Below the pieces are notes generated by a model, which ran no database searches, was not told where the DNA came from, and saw only the letters and a list, made by a program, of their open reading frames with translations. Made by a program: the position numbers and the translations under genes. Below are positions 50,461 to 63,199 of a DNA stretch of 64,000 nucleotides, in pieces (the first letter of the stretch is position 1; every line of letters begins with the position of its first letter). Source of the stretch: Felis catus (taxonomy: Eukaryota); contig NC_058368.1 in NCBI RefSeq assembly GCF_018350175.1, forward strand, positions 188,172,001-188,236,000, given 5' to 3'.

Positions 50461-51420
50461 AGGTATGACATAGGATGATGTGTGCTAAAAACAGGAAGGA
50501 GGCCTGGGTTGCAACAGCATAAAGTTCCCAACAGTGAGGCCAAGAGATGAGCCCAGAGAATGGTCAAGATTATGACAGGGCTTGTATGGCATGAGGCTTA
50601 ACTTTATCCTGCAGCCAATGGGGAATCATTTAAGGGCAAGCCCAGATAAGATCTGGTGTATCTTTCAGGTAGAATGTATTCAGGAGACATTTAAGGGGAA
50701 CAATTCTACAAAGGGACACAATTTTATTCACTCAATGACTATTTGCACTTTCACGTACCACTTACAGGACATGTAGTGCTGGGGTAGTCACTGGGATAAG
50801 TGGAAGAGTAAATTCAGACTTTGTTCCTGCCCACACGGAGATTAGGGTCTAGTAGGAGATATATATCAAGCGATAATTACAAAACCAGGCACAAAAGTAT
50901 AAGACAAGTGCAAGAGTTAGGAAGGAGACATTCATGGTGCCCCGAAATCCCATGGTGGCTGCATTTGATTCAGTCAGGGAAGGTAGCATCCCAGAGAAAG
51001 TGGTGTTTGGGTTCAGAGTCACAGGATGAATAAGTGTTATTTAGGGATGGCCATATCAGACAAAGGCAAAGGTTGGATTAAGCCTCTTTGGTTGGAAGAA
51101 GCATGGCATGCAGCATGGCTCAGAGGCCGTGAGTGAAGAGAGGTATCTATGATGAGATCAGAGAGACCATAGGAACAAGCCCTTGTACAACCTTGTAAGT
51201 AAAGTTGATAAACTCCGGCCTTGATGCCATGAGCAGTGGGATGCCACGGAGAGCTTGTAAGTATGTGGGCACTGGGGGACCAAGGAATGACATAATCCTC
51301 CAGCTGCACAGAGGAGAATGGGCTACACTCTAAGGTTCAGGAGACCAACTGGGATACTCATCATCCCAAGGGAGTGATAAGAGATGAATAAAGGGGACGG
51401 AGTCAAGAAACTCTTAGATT

Positions 51421-52046
51421 GCTGGGAATGCAAGCTTGTGCAGCCACTCTGGAAAGCAGTATGGAGGTTCCTCAAAAAACTAGAAATAGAACTACCCTAT
51501 GACCCAGAAATTGCACTCCTAGGCATTTATCCAAGGGATACAGGGGTGCTGTTTTGAAGGCACACATGCACCCCTATGCTCATAGCAGCACTATCAACAA
51601 TAGCCAAAGTATGGAAAGAGCCCAAATGTCCGTCGATGGATGAATGGACAAAAAAGATGTGGTATTTATATACAGTGGAGTATTACTTGGTAATCAAAAA
51701 GAATGAGATCTTGCCATTTGCAACTATGTGGATGGAACTGGAGGGTATGATGCTAAGTGAAATTAGTCAGTCAGAGAAAGACAAATATCATATGACTTCA
51801 CTCATATGAGGACTTTAGGAGACGAAACAGATGAACATAATGGAAGGGAAACAAAAATAATATAAAAATAGGGAGGGGAGCAAAGCATAAGAGACTCATA
51901 AATATGGAGAACAACAGAGGGTTGCTAGAGGGGGTGTGGGAGGGGGTGAACTAAATGGGTAAGGGGCACTAAGGAATCTACTCCTGAAATCATTGTTTCA
52001 TTATATGCTAATTTGGATGTAAATTAAAAAAATAAAATTTAAAAAA
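51421..52046 (+). mobile_element. 5'-truncated felid L1 (ORF2 C-terminus + 3' UTR)
   Basis: IAALSTIAKVWKEPKCPSMDEW...ILPFATMWMELEGMMLSEISQSEKDKYHMTSLI; felid 3' UTR; 18-bp TSD aagaaactcttagattgc at 51405 and 52169. Confidence 0.95.
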
Positions 52047-52967
52047 TTTGAATAAATTGAAAGAGATTAATAATTCATCATACTTTGCATTTTTGTCACA
52101 AAATAATAAACCCATTTCTGTATAATTTATTAAACAAAAAATGGTTTTTCTCTTTAAAAAAAAAAAAAAAGAAACTCTTAGATTGCAAAGTGGGCAGAAT
52201 CTGGTGTTTGCTGTTCGAGTTGAAGCACCCAGGTTGAAGTTGACAAGAATAGGCCAGGCAATCGTGTCATCAGAGGAAGCAGCTTATGAGAGCCACAGTG
52301 AATTCAGATTAGGAAAGTTTGAGTTGGGGGTGCCAGGCGGGGCTGTGTCATAAGGGATTCAATAAATGAGTCCAAAATTTAGGAAGGAGGATACACTTGA
52401 AGTTGTGACTTGTAGCACTCGACATTTAGATTTCAGTTGCTGCAATGTCAGTACTTATAGGACACCATCGTTTAGGGGCAGGCAAAATGGAGCCAGTTTC
52501 AGAGACAAGGAAGCAAGATCAAAACCAAGCAAAAACAGCCAGGAGGTTGTGGTGTAATGAGAAGCCCAAGGGGCGGGAAGATTCAGAAATTGTCAAATGT
52601 CCAAAGGCTCGCCTGAAGACAGGAGCTCAGTAATGTCCATGGACTGTGGTAGTTAAGAATACCATTGGGGACCTTGGTGACAACAGTTCCAGCAGAGCAA
52701 TGGGACTAAAGTCAGAAACCAGTAATGAGAATATAGGAAGAGGAGACAGTGGGTACAAATCACTCTTGGGGAGACATTAGATGCCAGGGGGGCAGAAAGA
52801 GATTCAAAAGTGACCATGGAGGGTCTTAATTAGAGGTACTTCATTCCATTATTCGTCCTTCATACTTATCTTGAGTGTATTTTCTGTGTCAGTCACTAGA
52901 CAGACACAAAGAAACCAAGGCAGTACCCTGCCTTCAAGAAGCATATATTGTGCAGTGATTTCTTTAC

Positions 52968-54260
52968 TCTTTTTTTTTTTTTTTTGAGTATAGTTGACAC
53001 ACAATGTAACCTTAATTTCAAGTGTACTACATAGTGATTCACTGTGATCTCTGTACCTTCGGCTATGCTCACAAGTGTAGCTACCATCTGCCACCATGCA
53101 ACGCTATTACAATACCATTCATTATATTTCCTATGCTGTATCTTTTATTCCCAGGACTTATTCATTCCATAACTGGAAACCCGTACCTCCCACTCCCCTT
53201 CACCCATTTTTGCCCTTCAGTTTGTTCTCTGTATTTATAGGTCTGACTCTGCTTTTTATCTGTCTGTTTATTCATTTGTTTTGTTTTTCAGATTCCACAT
53301 GTGAATGAAATCATATGGTATTTGTCTTTCTCAGTCTGACTTATTTCGCCTCGCATGATATCCTCTAGATCCATCCCTGTTGTCACAAGTGGCAAGATTT
53401 TATCTTTTTTTGGCTTAGTAATATTCCATTTTATACATACCTCCTCTTCTTTATCCATTCATCTATCAATGGACACTTAGGTTGCTTCCATATCTTGGCT
53501 ATTGTAATAATGCTGCAATAAATATAGGGGTGTATATATCTTTTCAAATTGGTGTATTCATTTTCTTTCACTAAATATCCCAGTAGTGGAAGCATTGGAT
53601 CATATTAAAAATAGAACTATTTTTAATTTTTTGAGGAACTTCCATACTGTTTTCAATAGTGGCTGCACCGATTCACATTCCCACCAACTGTGCATGAGAG
53701 TTCCTTTTTTTCCCACATCCTTGCCAACATCTGTTATCTCTCGTCTTTTTTATTTTAGCCATTCTGACAGGTGTAAGGTGATATCTCAGTGTGGTTTTCA
53801 TTTGCATTTTCCTGATGATTACTGATGTTAAGCATCTTTTCATGTGTCAGGTGACTATTTGTATGTCTTCTTTGGGAAAATGTCTATTCAGGTCCTCTGT
53901 ACATTTTAAAATCAGATTGTTTTCTAAGCCTTCAGTTGTATAAGTTCTTTGTATGTTTTGAATATTAACCCCTTATCAGACATAGCATTTGCAAATATCT
54001 TTTCCCATTCAGTATGTTGCCTTTTTGTTGTGTTGATGGTTTCCTTTGCTCTGCAAAAGCTTTTTTTTTTTTTTAATGTAGTCTTAACTTTGTCATAGAT
54101 TAATTGGCCACACAAGTGTGGCTCTATTTCTGGGCTCTCTATTCTGTTTCCATTGATCTGTCTATTTTTGTGCCAGTACCATACTGTTTTGATTACAATA
54201 GCTTTGTAGTATATCTTGATCTCTGGAATTGTAATACTTCCAGCTTTCTTCTTCTTGCTC
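52968..54260 (-). mobile_element. Carnivore L1 (ORF2 3' part + 3' UTR) with internal deletion
   Basis: Poly(T); reverse peptide [26 protein letters not shown]; junction near 54083. Confidence 0.9.
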
Positions 54261-54263
54261 TTC

Positions 54264-54474
54264 TTTTTTTTTTTTTTTAATTTTAGATAGAAAGTATGTG
54301 TGAGCAGGGGAGAGGGGCAGAGAGGGAGAGAGAGAGAGAGAGAGAGAGAATCCCAAGTCAGGCTCCATGCTCAGCATGGACCCAGATGTGGGGCTCAATC
54401 CCACAACTCTGGGATCATGACCTGATCCAAAATTAACAGTCAGACTCTCAACTGACTGAGCCACCCAGGCACCC
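54264..54474 (-). mobile_element. CanSINE without an evident TSD
   Basis: Full reverse SINE; flanks do not match. Confidence 0.92.
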
Positions 54475-54567
54475 GGAATATTCTTCCCAAAAAAAAAAAA
54501 AAAAAAAAGCATTCTGTTGCTAAGGGGAAAAGTTTATAAAGTAGTGATCTAGAGGATACAGCATCTA

Positions 54568-54750
54568 GACCAGATGTGGGCAAGCTCTTTTTGTAAAGGA
54601 CAAGACAGCAAATATTTCTGATGTAGTGGAGCATATGATCTGCTGTCATCACTGTGTAGCATGCATACAGTTGCAGACAGTAGGAATGGGTATGGCTCTA
54701 TTGCAATAAAACTATGAAAATAGGGGGTGGATGGTAGTTTGTTGATTCCT
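54568..54750 (-). mobile_element. MER58A
   Basis: ggcaagctctttttgtaaagg...caaatattt...gcaataaaact...tagtttgttgattcct. Confidence 0.7.
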
Positions 54751-56384
54751 CCTCTACATGTTGATGGGATGCAGCAGGACTTTTTCAGCCTATTATTCCT
54801 GGGAGAATATCTGTAAAAGCTAGGATATCATAAAAGAGTAGTTATGTTCTGGTGTTCTCAGTTTTGCTTACTACCAAGCATTCCCTCACCCGTAGCTGCC
54901 TGACTCAGATGCTTTACCAACTGGAGGGTCCATCACCTCTCATCCCCTCTTGGAGGTTGTTAAAATTAGTCTTTTCCTCAAGTTCACCTTACATATTTAT
55001 CCTTTCTTAATCTACTGTCCATTTTATGTTCTTTTCAATTTAAAAGAAAGAAGTTAAAAAAAAGCCATCCCTCAAACCAAGCAAAAACAATCCTTAGAAA
55101 TGTTGCCTGAAGACTCACTGCCCTCATCAAAACACAGTATTCATGGAAGGAGTTTTCATTAATGGTACTTTGGGGCAACATCAGCCTTGAGAATTTTGAC
55201 ATGATGAGCCCCATGTCACAACTAGAAATCAATAAACAGAAAACCAGGGCTCCATGAGCCAGGCCCTGCCCAGGAGGGAGGCTGCCAACCCCTTGGGGGA
55301 GGAAGTGGAGGCTTTGGGAAATCCGAGGCCGCCGTCTCAGCTCAAAGCCCCGCTGGCTACTCTCTGGAGCTGGGTGATAAAATGACAAAACTCCAAGGAA
55401 AGGAGGCCTTCCCTATGCAAAGCGGAAACACTTTGTCGCATTGTTTTAAAATAGATTAAGGGAGTGGGCCAGGGAGAGGATGAGAGCCCAGGAATCAGCG
55501 TTTTGGAATCAGGCTGACTGACAGGCATGGAGAGCTGGCTTGGCTTCCTCAGCTATGCAGGCTGAGGGGTGGGGATCCTTGTCCCCAATATTGTCCTGGC
55601 CCATTAGCACCTGACCTGGTGCTAATGACTCATATTCCTTTGCTAGAATTGCTCTAGGAATGCCTTGACAGAATGCTTTGAAAAAATGATAAAATATAAA
55701 AAAAAAAAAAATCTGTTTAAAAACAAAAGCTGAGTCTTGGGGGTGCCAGAACCTGTACCACACACCTTCAAGGGAACTGGATTTGGAAACTATTTGCTTG
55801 AGAACCAACAGGAAGGGAACAAGTTTTGATAGAGGGAGATGATTTCAGGGCAAAACGGCAAAGGCTGCAGTCATGTATAGCTGGACCCGCCAGGGGGCAG
55901 GTAACAAGAGTAGACGGGATAGAGGAGAAGGGCAGGAGATGAAGGAAAAGACTGGGGCACCAAGATGCTTTTTTTTTCCTGGGCCACAGGAAGCAGGAAA
56001 GAGGACCTGTGTGTGCAACTCTTAGGCCCCCAGCATCCATTATTCCCTTGCCCAGTGACTCTCCCACTTTTTATAGAAGAATGGTCTCTGGCAATGTTAA
56101 AATTCCCACCCACACTCACAGAGCCTCTGATGCAGGATGGAGCCCCAGAATCTTCCCTTTATAGCATGCAGCTGGCTGTTCTAAAAACCACTTCCTTCCG
56201 GGTCATGATAACTGCATTTGGAATCAGCTCTTACAATAAACCAGGCTTCCCTTGGTTCATTGAGCAGAGGTGCTTGGGTCTGGGGATGCTGAGTGTGAGT
56301 AGAGCATCATTAGACTCAAGAGGGAAAGTACTGCCTCTCTATGAAAATATTGTGACTTCTAACATGTCATTTTTTTACCCAGTT

Positions 56385-56550
56385 ATTTCTAATTTGATCC
56401 TCATGACCCAACGAGTAAGCAAGGCATGAATTATAGGCCCCATTCTACAGATGAGGCACTGAGCCTCCCAGTGACATTTGCCCAAGGTCCCATGGCTAAT
56501 AAATGACAGGGCAAGGACTGGAAACCAGACCTTCTGATCCCTTATCTGTT
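56385..56550 (-). mobile_element. MIR
   Basis: cccattctacagatgaggcactgag...tgcccaaggtcccatggctaataaatgacag. Confidence 0.8.
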
Positions 56551-56777
56551 ATCTTTTCTCTCCATGCCCGTGCTTCTCACACCCCCACCCAGAACCCTCA
56601 TGATTGGTAGATTGGGGCCACAGAGTTAGCAGTTAGCTGACGTGGGTCACAGTTGGCCCCATGACTTTTAAACTTATTAATATCACATTTTAGTGTAGCA
56701 GTAGCAGGTTGGAGTCACCTAGGTTTCTCATCCCAAATATAGAATCCCTGGCCCCAGTCTAAACTTTTCCAATCAGA

Positions 56778-57000
56778 GGGGCTGCCTGGGTGGCGCAGTC
56801 ACTTGAGCGTCCGGCTTTGGCTCAGGTCATGATCTCATAATCCATGAGTTCGAGCCCCGAGTCGGGCTCTGTGCTGACAGCTCAGAGCCTGGAGCCCGCT
56901 TTGGATTCTGTGCCTCCCTCTCTCTCTGACCCTCCCCTGTTCATGCTCTCTCTCTCTCTCTCTCTTTCTGTCAATAATAAACAAACATTTAAAAAAAAAA
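56778..57000 (+). mobile_element. CanSINE inside a MER5A-like element (~56700-57105)
   Basis: Head, (CT)n, poly(A); degenerate TSD taaacttt..caat.aga; MER5 tail ggaatctgcaattttataaaagctctccaggtgatt. Confidence 0.93.
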
Positions 57001-57204
57001 TTAAACTTTCTCAATTAGAACCTCTGAGTGAGGTTCTGACCTGGGAATCTGCAATTTTATAAAAGCTCTCCAGGTGATTTGATGCTGAAATGTTTGTGAA
57101 CCAGTGCCATAAATGAAGCAAAACAAGTTCAAACTTCAACTCTCACCTGTTCTTAGAGTCATTGAGCAGGAAGTGGATTCTGGGCATTTAGATTCTGCCC
57201 CAAC

Positions 57205-57465
57205 TTATTTATTTATTTATTTATTTATTTATTCATTTATTTATTTATGTATGTATTTTTTTTAATGTTTTATTTATTTTTGAGACAGAGAGAGATAGAG
57301 CATGAACGGGGAAGGGTCAGAGAGAGGGAGACACAGAACCTGAAACAGGCTCCAGGCTCTGAGCTGTCAGCACAGAGCCTGACGCAGGGTTCGAACTCAC
57401 GGAGTGTGAGATCATGACCTAAGCCGAAGTTGGACGCTCAAGCGACCAAGCCACCCAGGCGCCCC
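57205..57465 (-). mobile_element. CanSINE with (TTTA)n tail
   Basis: Perfect 14-bp TSD agattctgccccaa at 57190 and 57466. Confidence 0.97.
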
Positions 57466-58800
57466 AGATTCTGCCCCAAATTCCGTTCCCATCCGCAGTT
57501 CTGCATTTTCCCACAGTATTGTTCATTTAGCAGCATCTCTTAAGGGAAGAGAGAGGCAGTACAATCTGAGTTCGTTTTTCAACTGGGAAGAGCCTCTGAT
57601 GGTTTTTGTATAAGATCCAAATTCTTTCTCCTCCTCCCCACCCCAGATCACGGGCAGTCAGTCAGAAATCCTAGAGGGTAAGGGTATGGTTTTGAAGGCT
57701 GATTAAAACAAACAAACAAACAAACAAACAAATCTTGACTTTCACAAACTGCAATAGCGCTTCAAGCACCCACCTGGCGTGATTGCTCATTCTGTGAGGG
57801 TTCTGCATGGAGAAGATCAACCGGCTCTCAAAATAGAATCTAGAGATACAAAGGAATCTGCAATAGCCTCACGTATTTGTACACAATGCAGTGTAGCTTC
57901 TGGTATTTTTATTACCAATCAGAAGAGGCTTGTCACCAACAGCCATCTGCTTGAGTCACTGCTGGGCTGCAGTGACCGTGGCTTTAGAGAAAGGAACGCT
58001 GAAATCAAAGTCCTGTCTCAGGGAACAGGCACAGTCCAGGGAGTCGACCATGCCCCACGAGTGACATCCTTCAATGTCCTGAAGGACCCAACCATATCCT
58101 ACGTCAGGAAAACTCGCCTACTCGCTTGGATCCTTAAAGAGAACAAGCGGCTATGACATCAGGTAGAAGCTATTTGTTCTCATGGAAATGTTCAATATTT
58201 CAAAGTGGTCTCCGTAGTCCCATTAAAATTACAGACTTTTTTCTCCTCCTGCTGCTTTTTCACACTCTAATACAGGCTGCTGAAGGAAAAAAAATGTGAG
58301 GGAGCTAGCATGGGATTTTTCTCCAGAGAGTCAAAGAAATTCTGACTCTGATTATCCAAGGAATCATCTTATTTTTTTCCTATTCTTTTTTTTTTTCAAA
58401 ATCAGTGTACAAAATCCTTTCATGCAGATAGAGTTTTTTGCATCTGAAATGATTGTTTGCCAATCAACTGAATAGAATGTTTCAAACTCTTTATTTCTCA
58501 TCTAATCCTGACACCAGAGGTTTAAGGAGCAGAGACAAAAGGCTTGCCAAACCAAGGGCTCACCTTGTACACTCTGTACCAGTGAAGATCTACAGCCTAA
58601 AATAAAGGCTGTAAGAAAACAAGATTTTTGAAAAAATTGTAATTCAACCAGCACCAAGGAGAAAGGTGTTTGGAGTTGGGGGTCACCAAAGAAAATAGAT
58701 GAGGAAAAAAGTATTTTGAGACCTGGAAACAATGATGAGTTAACCATTCCCCCACCCTCCCAAAAAGGGGGTGGAGTTTTTATAATGAAGAAAAAGAAGA

Positions 58801-59015
58801 GGGGCGCACCTGGGTGGCTCAGTGGTTGATTTATGACTTCAGCTCAGGTCATGATCTCAATGTTCGTGAGTTCGAGCCCCACGTTGGGCTCTCTGCTGTC
58901 AGCGCAGACCCTGCTTCGGATCCTCTGTCCCCCTCTCTCTGACCTTCCCCAGCTTGCACTCTGTCTCTCAAAAATAAATACACATTTAAACCCCCCCCCC
59001 AAAAAAAAATAAAGA
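58801..59015 (+). mobile_element. CanSINE
   Basis: Head, AATAAA, tail containing C10; TSD aagaaaaagaaga. Confidence 0.93.
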
Positions 59016-60011
59016 AAGAAAAAGAAGAAATGGCTGGTTGTCGACAAGAACGCAGTCAAGCTTTTGCAAATGCACAGTCTGCCATGGAGAACAGCGATGA
59101 TCTCAGAGAGTCCTTAATCCATCGTGTAAATGTTACTTGGCATCTATGCCGGGTAAATCAAGGACCAAATAGGTGAGGGAATGTAAAAGCTATTTCTCTA
59201 GAAAACTATCCCAGATTTATGGGAGGAGGTCAAAGAACAAGCAGAGGGTAGGCTCACTTTGGGAATGGCTAGCATTGCATTTGAAAACAGCCCATTGACA
59301 GAATTTGTTCTCAGGCCAAACTTGATGGCTGAGCCAACACCAGCAGTTGTGGCTGCTGTTTTCTATGCTTCCCCAGCCATCACAGCTAGAGGCAATCAGG
59401 AGTGCTTCACATTTGTGTGTCCATATCCCTGAAACCTTCATACAGCCAGAGAAGTTTTTGATTTCTCTGTTTTCCTTCAAAAACAAAAGATTTCTGAGTC
59501 TATTCTGAGCCAACATCCAGATTTAATCATTTACTATTGCTAGTATTGTTAATTTCTTTGTGGTAAGCACCAAGAAGCAAAAGATTAGAAGTGCGAAATA
59601 TCAATTGTGCAATCTTAACTGTTTTCAAAAGAAGATAAAATAAATGTCAGGTCCAACAAGGTCATGTGCCCTTCAGCAAATAATTGTCTCCATGAGCCTC
59701 TTTTGATGCATTGAAACTGAAGTAAATTGTTAATGCCTTTCACTTACAGAGGGGAGCTCATGCCTCTGCAACTTTATATAGTTTAGAGTCTAAAGTAAGC
59801 CCCCCAGGCATTAGTCACTCTTTCTGGGCAATCATCTAAAAATAGGGATGGCCTTTCCAGCTACCCTTTGTAGACCATTGAAAATGGGATGATAAAGGTG
59901 CCTTCTAACTGGACTCTGTTGCTTTTTCTTTTCTCCTCCAAACTCTCATGGTTTGGGGAAAGTAAGAACCTTGTATTAAAGGTTAAGAAAATTGGGCTAT
60001 GTTTCCTGGCT

Positions 60012-60550
60012 TGTCACTTAGTCAAGACTCTTTGGTTCTGTGTACACAGAAACCCACTCAGACCAAAATAAAATAGAGGGAGTCTATGATAGAGGTATAA
60101 AAATGAGACCCTGGAAAAGAATGTGTAAGAGAGACACACATGGGCTCAGTGGAACCGGCAGGTGGAAAGCCATTGTTGGAAACCAAAGTTACTGTCAGGG
60201 GAATGCCACAGTCTCTTGTGTCTGTGCCCACCCACCATGGATTTATCCTCCTCCTCCAATCAGAGTTTTCACATGCCATGGTCAAAGATGGCTGCTCTAT
60301 AGCTCCCAACTTCAAGTAACCAGTAGAGACTGAGTATTGCCTTTTAGCAGCAATTCTAAATTCCCTGGAGATGAAATATGACGGGCTAAGGTGAGAACTG
60401 GTATCCCCACTTCTGTTCCAATAACTAGGACAAAGAAGCAGCGTCAAATAGGGCAAATATGGCTGCCAGGACCCACCACTGTAATATGTAGGAGTGGTCA
60501 AGAATGGGGGGCCGTGGGCTAGTTAGTACGCCCCAGTGCACCTACTACAA
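60012..60550 (-). mobile_element. Old MLT1 LTR
   Basis: tagtcaagactctttggtt...cagaaacccactcagac...agatggctgc...cacctactaca. Confidence 0.6.
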
Positions 60551-60724
60551 ACTATCATTAACTTCTTTCCTTCAACAGTTTATGCTGAGATCTGTCAGTG
60601 GCCTATATATTCTGAGAAACCCTGATTTCCAGTCAAGAAGCTGACAGTAGAGTGAGGGACCAACACAGACAAGTAAATACAAGGTTCAGGTAGTGTTGCA
60701 ACTGCAGTGACTGAAATCGTAGAG

Positions 60725-61210
60725 CAGCGTGTCTCAACCTCGGCACTCAACCTCAGCATTTTATTTTTTTATTTATTTTTTATTTTTTTTCAACGTTTTT
60801 ATTTATTTTTGGGACAGAGAGAGACAGAGCATGAACGGGGGAGGGGCAGAGAGAGAGGGAGACACAGAATCGGAAACAGGCTCCAGGCTCCGAGCCATCA
60901 GCCCAGAGCCTGACGCGGGGCTCGAACTCATGGACCGCGAGATCGTGACCTGGCTGAAATCGGACGCTTAACCGACTGCGCCACCCAGGCGCCCCTCAAC
61001 CTCAGCATTTTAGGCTGGCTAATTCTTGGTTGTGGGGGAGGGAGGGTTTCCTATGCGTTATAGGATACTCAGAGTATTCTTACCCTCTACTCACTATATG
61101 CCAATAGCACCATACCCCACACCAGCTGTAACAACCAAAAATGTTTCCATACACTGCCAGTGTCCCCTGGGGAAAGGGTACTTTTTGCCCACTGTTGGGA
61201 ATCACTGCAT
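60725..61210 (+). mobile_element. MER20 hAT-Charlie, interrupted by a SINE
   Basis: tctcaacctcggcac...ctctactcactatatgccaatagcacc...acaaccaaaaatgtttcca...tgtcccctgggg...gaatcactg. Confidence 0.85.
60763..60995 (-). mobile_element. Very young SINEC_Fc
   Basis: CpGs retained; perfect TSD tcaacctcagcatttt. Confidence 0.97.
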
Positions 61211-61574
61211 AGAGTAATATGAAATTGTAGAAGGGGACACCAAAATCAGGCCTGGAGATCCAGAAAAGCTACCTGGGAAGCTACCTGGGAAGAATGAGGT
61301 GTTGATGTTTTGAGAGACAGGTAAGAATTAGCTAGAAGATTTAGGGCTTCAGGGCTAGGGAAAGGCAGAGAAAACTCATGTGTGTTACTTAGGGCACTAA
61401 TAGTTCAGAGTCCTCCTAGATACATGGTGAATAGAGAGTTCTATGGCCCATGATTTAGAGCCTTTTCTGTGTCATTCTAATACATTTTATTTTACACAGT
61501 ACATTCTAGTAGAGTTAAGGTTCTGAGAAGGCCTCAGGCAAGGCAATCTTTTAAACTTTGTGGTGCTTTTTCAT

Positions 61575-61810
61575 AAGAGTGTGGGTTTGGAAAGACAGTC
61601 TCTGGATCTGAATCTTGGTTCTACCACTTACCAGCTGTATGCCATTGAAAAGTTTACTTAACTTGTCAAAATTTGAATTGCTTACAGGAAAAATGAGTTG
61701 ATCATAACAGGACCTATATCATAAGGTTGCCAAAAGGATTAAATGAGATACCATGTCTAAGTCACCTTGCACAGTTCCTGTTTTATAAGAAGTGCTCAGC
61801 ATGTGCTATA
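61575..61810 (+). mobile_element. MIR
   Basis: tgaatcttggttctaccacttaccagctgt...aggattaaatgagata. Confidence 0.8.
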
Positions 61811-62699
61811 TGTTTTAAACACAGTGTTTCCTCCAAAAGATTTTGACCACAGAATCCAGTTTTCATTCTGAGAAACTGTAGAAAGCTCTACAGAGCACTG
61901 TGAGCCACTTACCTACCAAAGTCCAACGTTACCTATCTTCAACGCACAGAACCTACCTAACTTCCTGGAAGGTTGTGAGGGTGAGGCAGGATAGCACAGG
62001 AATAGAAAAGGCTAGGGAAAGACTCTTGCATAGTTTTTGCTACTGATTGCTCACTGATTGCTCTATTGTTTTCAACGATGCCCTTGGCATAAACTGCCCA
62101 GCAGACTAATCCAATCCGATTTGGGCTTCTTTGAAGGAGCAACTCCTAAAGTCAGTGTTGGATTGGTGTTCTCACTCTGGGAGGGCTCCTCCCAGCTATC
62201 TCCCTTCCTAACTCTCCCACAAGTTAGTCTTTTCACCACTACTCCACTGCTTCTGAGAGGACCCTGAGGCTTGAACACCACACTGCATTGCAAACAAAGT
62301 TGATTCCTTTGGGAAAAGATTATTAGGTGCTGTTTTATGGGCTGTTTCTACCCTAGGCAGAATTTTGGAACTAGCACTCTGGAGCTGGGAATGGAGACAA
62401 TGTCATGCTTCCTTTGGAATAAAGATCCCACTTTATGATCTGAACACTCAGTGGAGGAGGTGCAGTCATCTGAGGTCTTCTCTGCTTGCTTCTCTCGACA
62501 TGACACCCCAATTTATGATCCAGAGCAAGGGTGACCAAGGCCCCAGGATTCTCAGCACACCAATGTCCAAACTGCAGACTTATTCCATGGATAGGGGATG
62601 AGCAGAAGGAGGACTCCCCCTCTAGACCACACTCAGCTGGGACTTAGCAGATCACCGGGGACAGGATGAGAAATGTAGATTTCCTCCTCCTCAGGGGAA

Positions 62700-62995
62700 G
62701 AAAGCCCTCCATGTGGAAGCTGGGAGTAGGAGTCCTGTGTTCTTGGCTACACACCTCAGGAGTGAAGGCCCTCTGAATTTGGAATGGGGATAGAGGGAGT
62801 GGTTTTGTTACAAATACCACAGATTCTCACTTTTCATACAAAATTTTCATAGAGTTTTTTTAACAGATGTTTCTTCCTTTGCTGTATACTCTTAGGACCC
62901 CTTCCAGAGGCTTTACACAGCCATTTCTAATAATTTTCACCAGTTCCACTGGGGAGCGTGTTCACAAAACTCCTCACACTATCATTCCAGAAATT
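62700..62995 (-). mobile_element. Ancient L1M 5' UTR fragment
   Basis: Reverse complement tctggaatgatagtgtgaggag...ctccccagtggaactggtgaaaattatt...ggtcctaagagtatacagcaaaggaagaaacat resembles an L1M 5' end. Confidence 0.6.
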
Positions 62996-63199
62996 GACCT
63001 CATTGCCTTTTAGATATTTGTATTTGAGGGGTTTATATGAGAGACACATGGTACATCTGATCATTAGAGAAAGCTTAGGCTGGTTTTCAAAAAAGGACTG
63101 ATTGTATTCTGTTTTAAATCTAATGTTTCTCAGTAAGAACTAGGAGTCTGAATTTTTTTTTTTTTTTGCATGGTTAGTGAGATATTTGGTCTACTCAGT

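Noticed and set aside
51576..51809. Protein-like ORF
   Set aside because: C-terminus of L1 ORF2 in a truncated copy, not a host gene.
57779..58156. 125-aa ORF in unique sequence
   Set aside because: GTG start, no homology recognised, no convincing splice frame.
2812..60995. SINE strand bias (about 14 minus vs 6 plus) as evidence of a host transcript
   Set aside because: Sample too small to be significant; LTR and L1 orientations are mixed.
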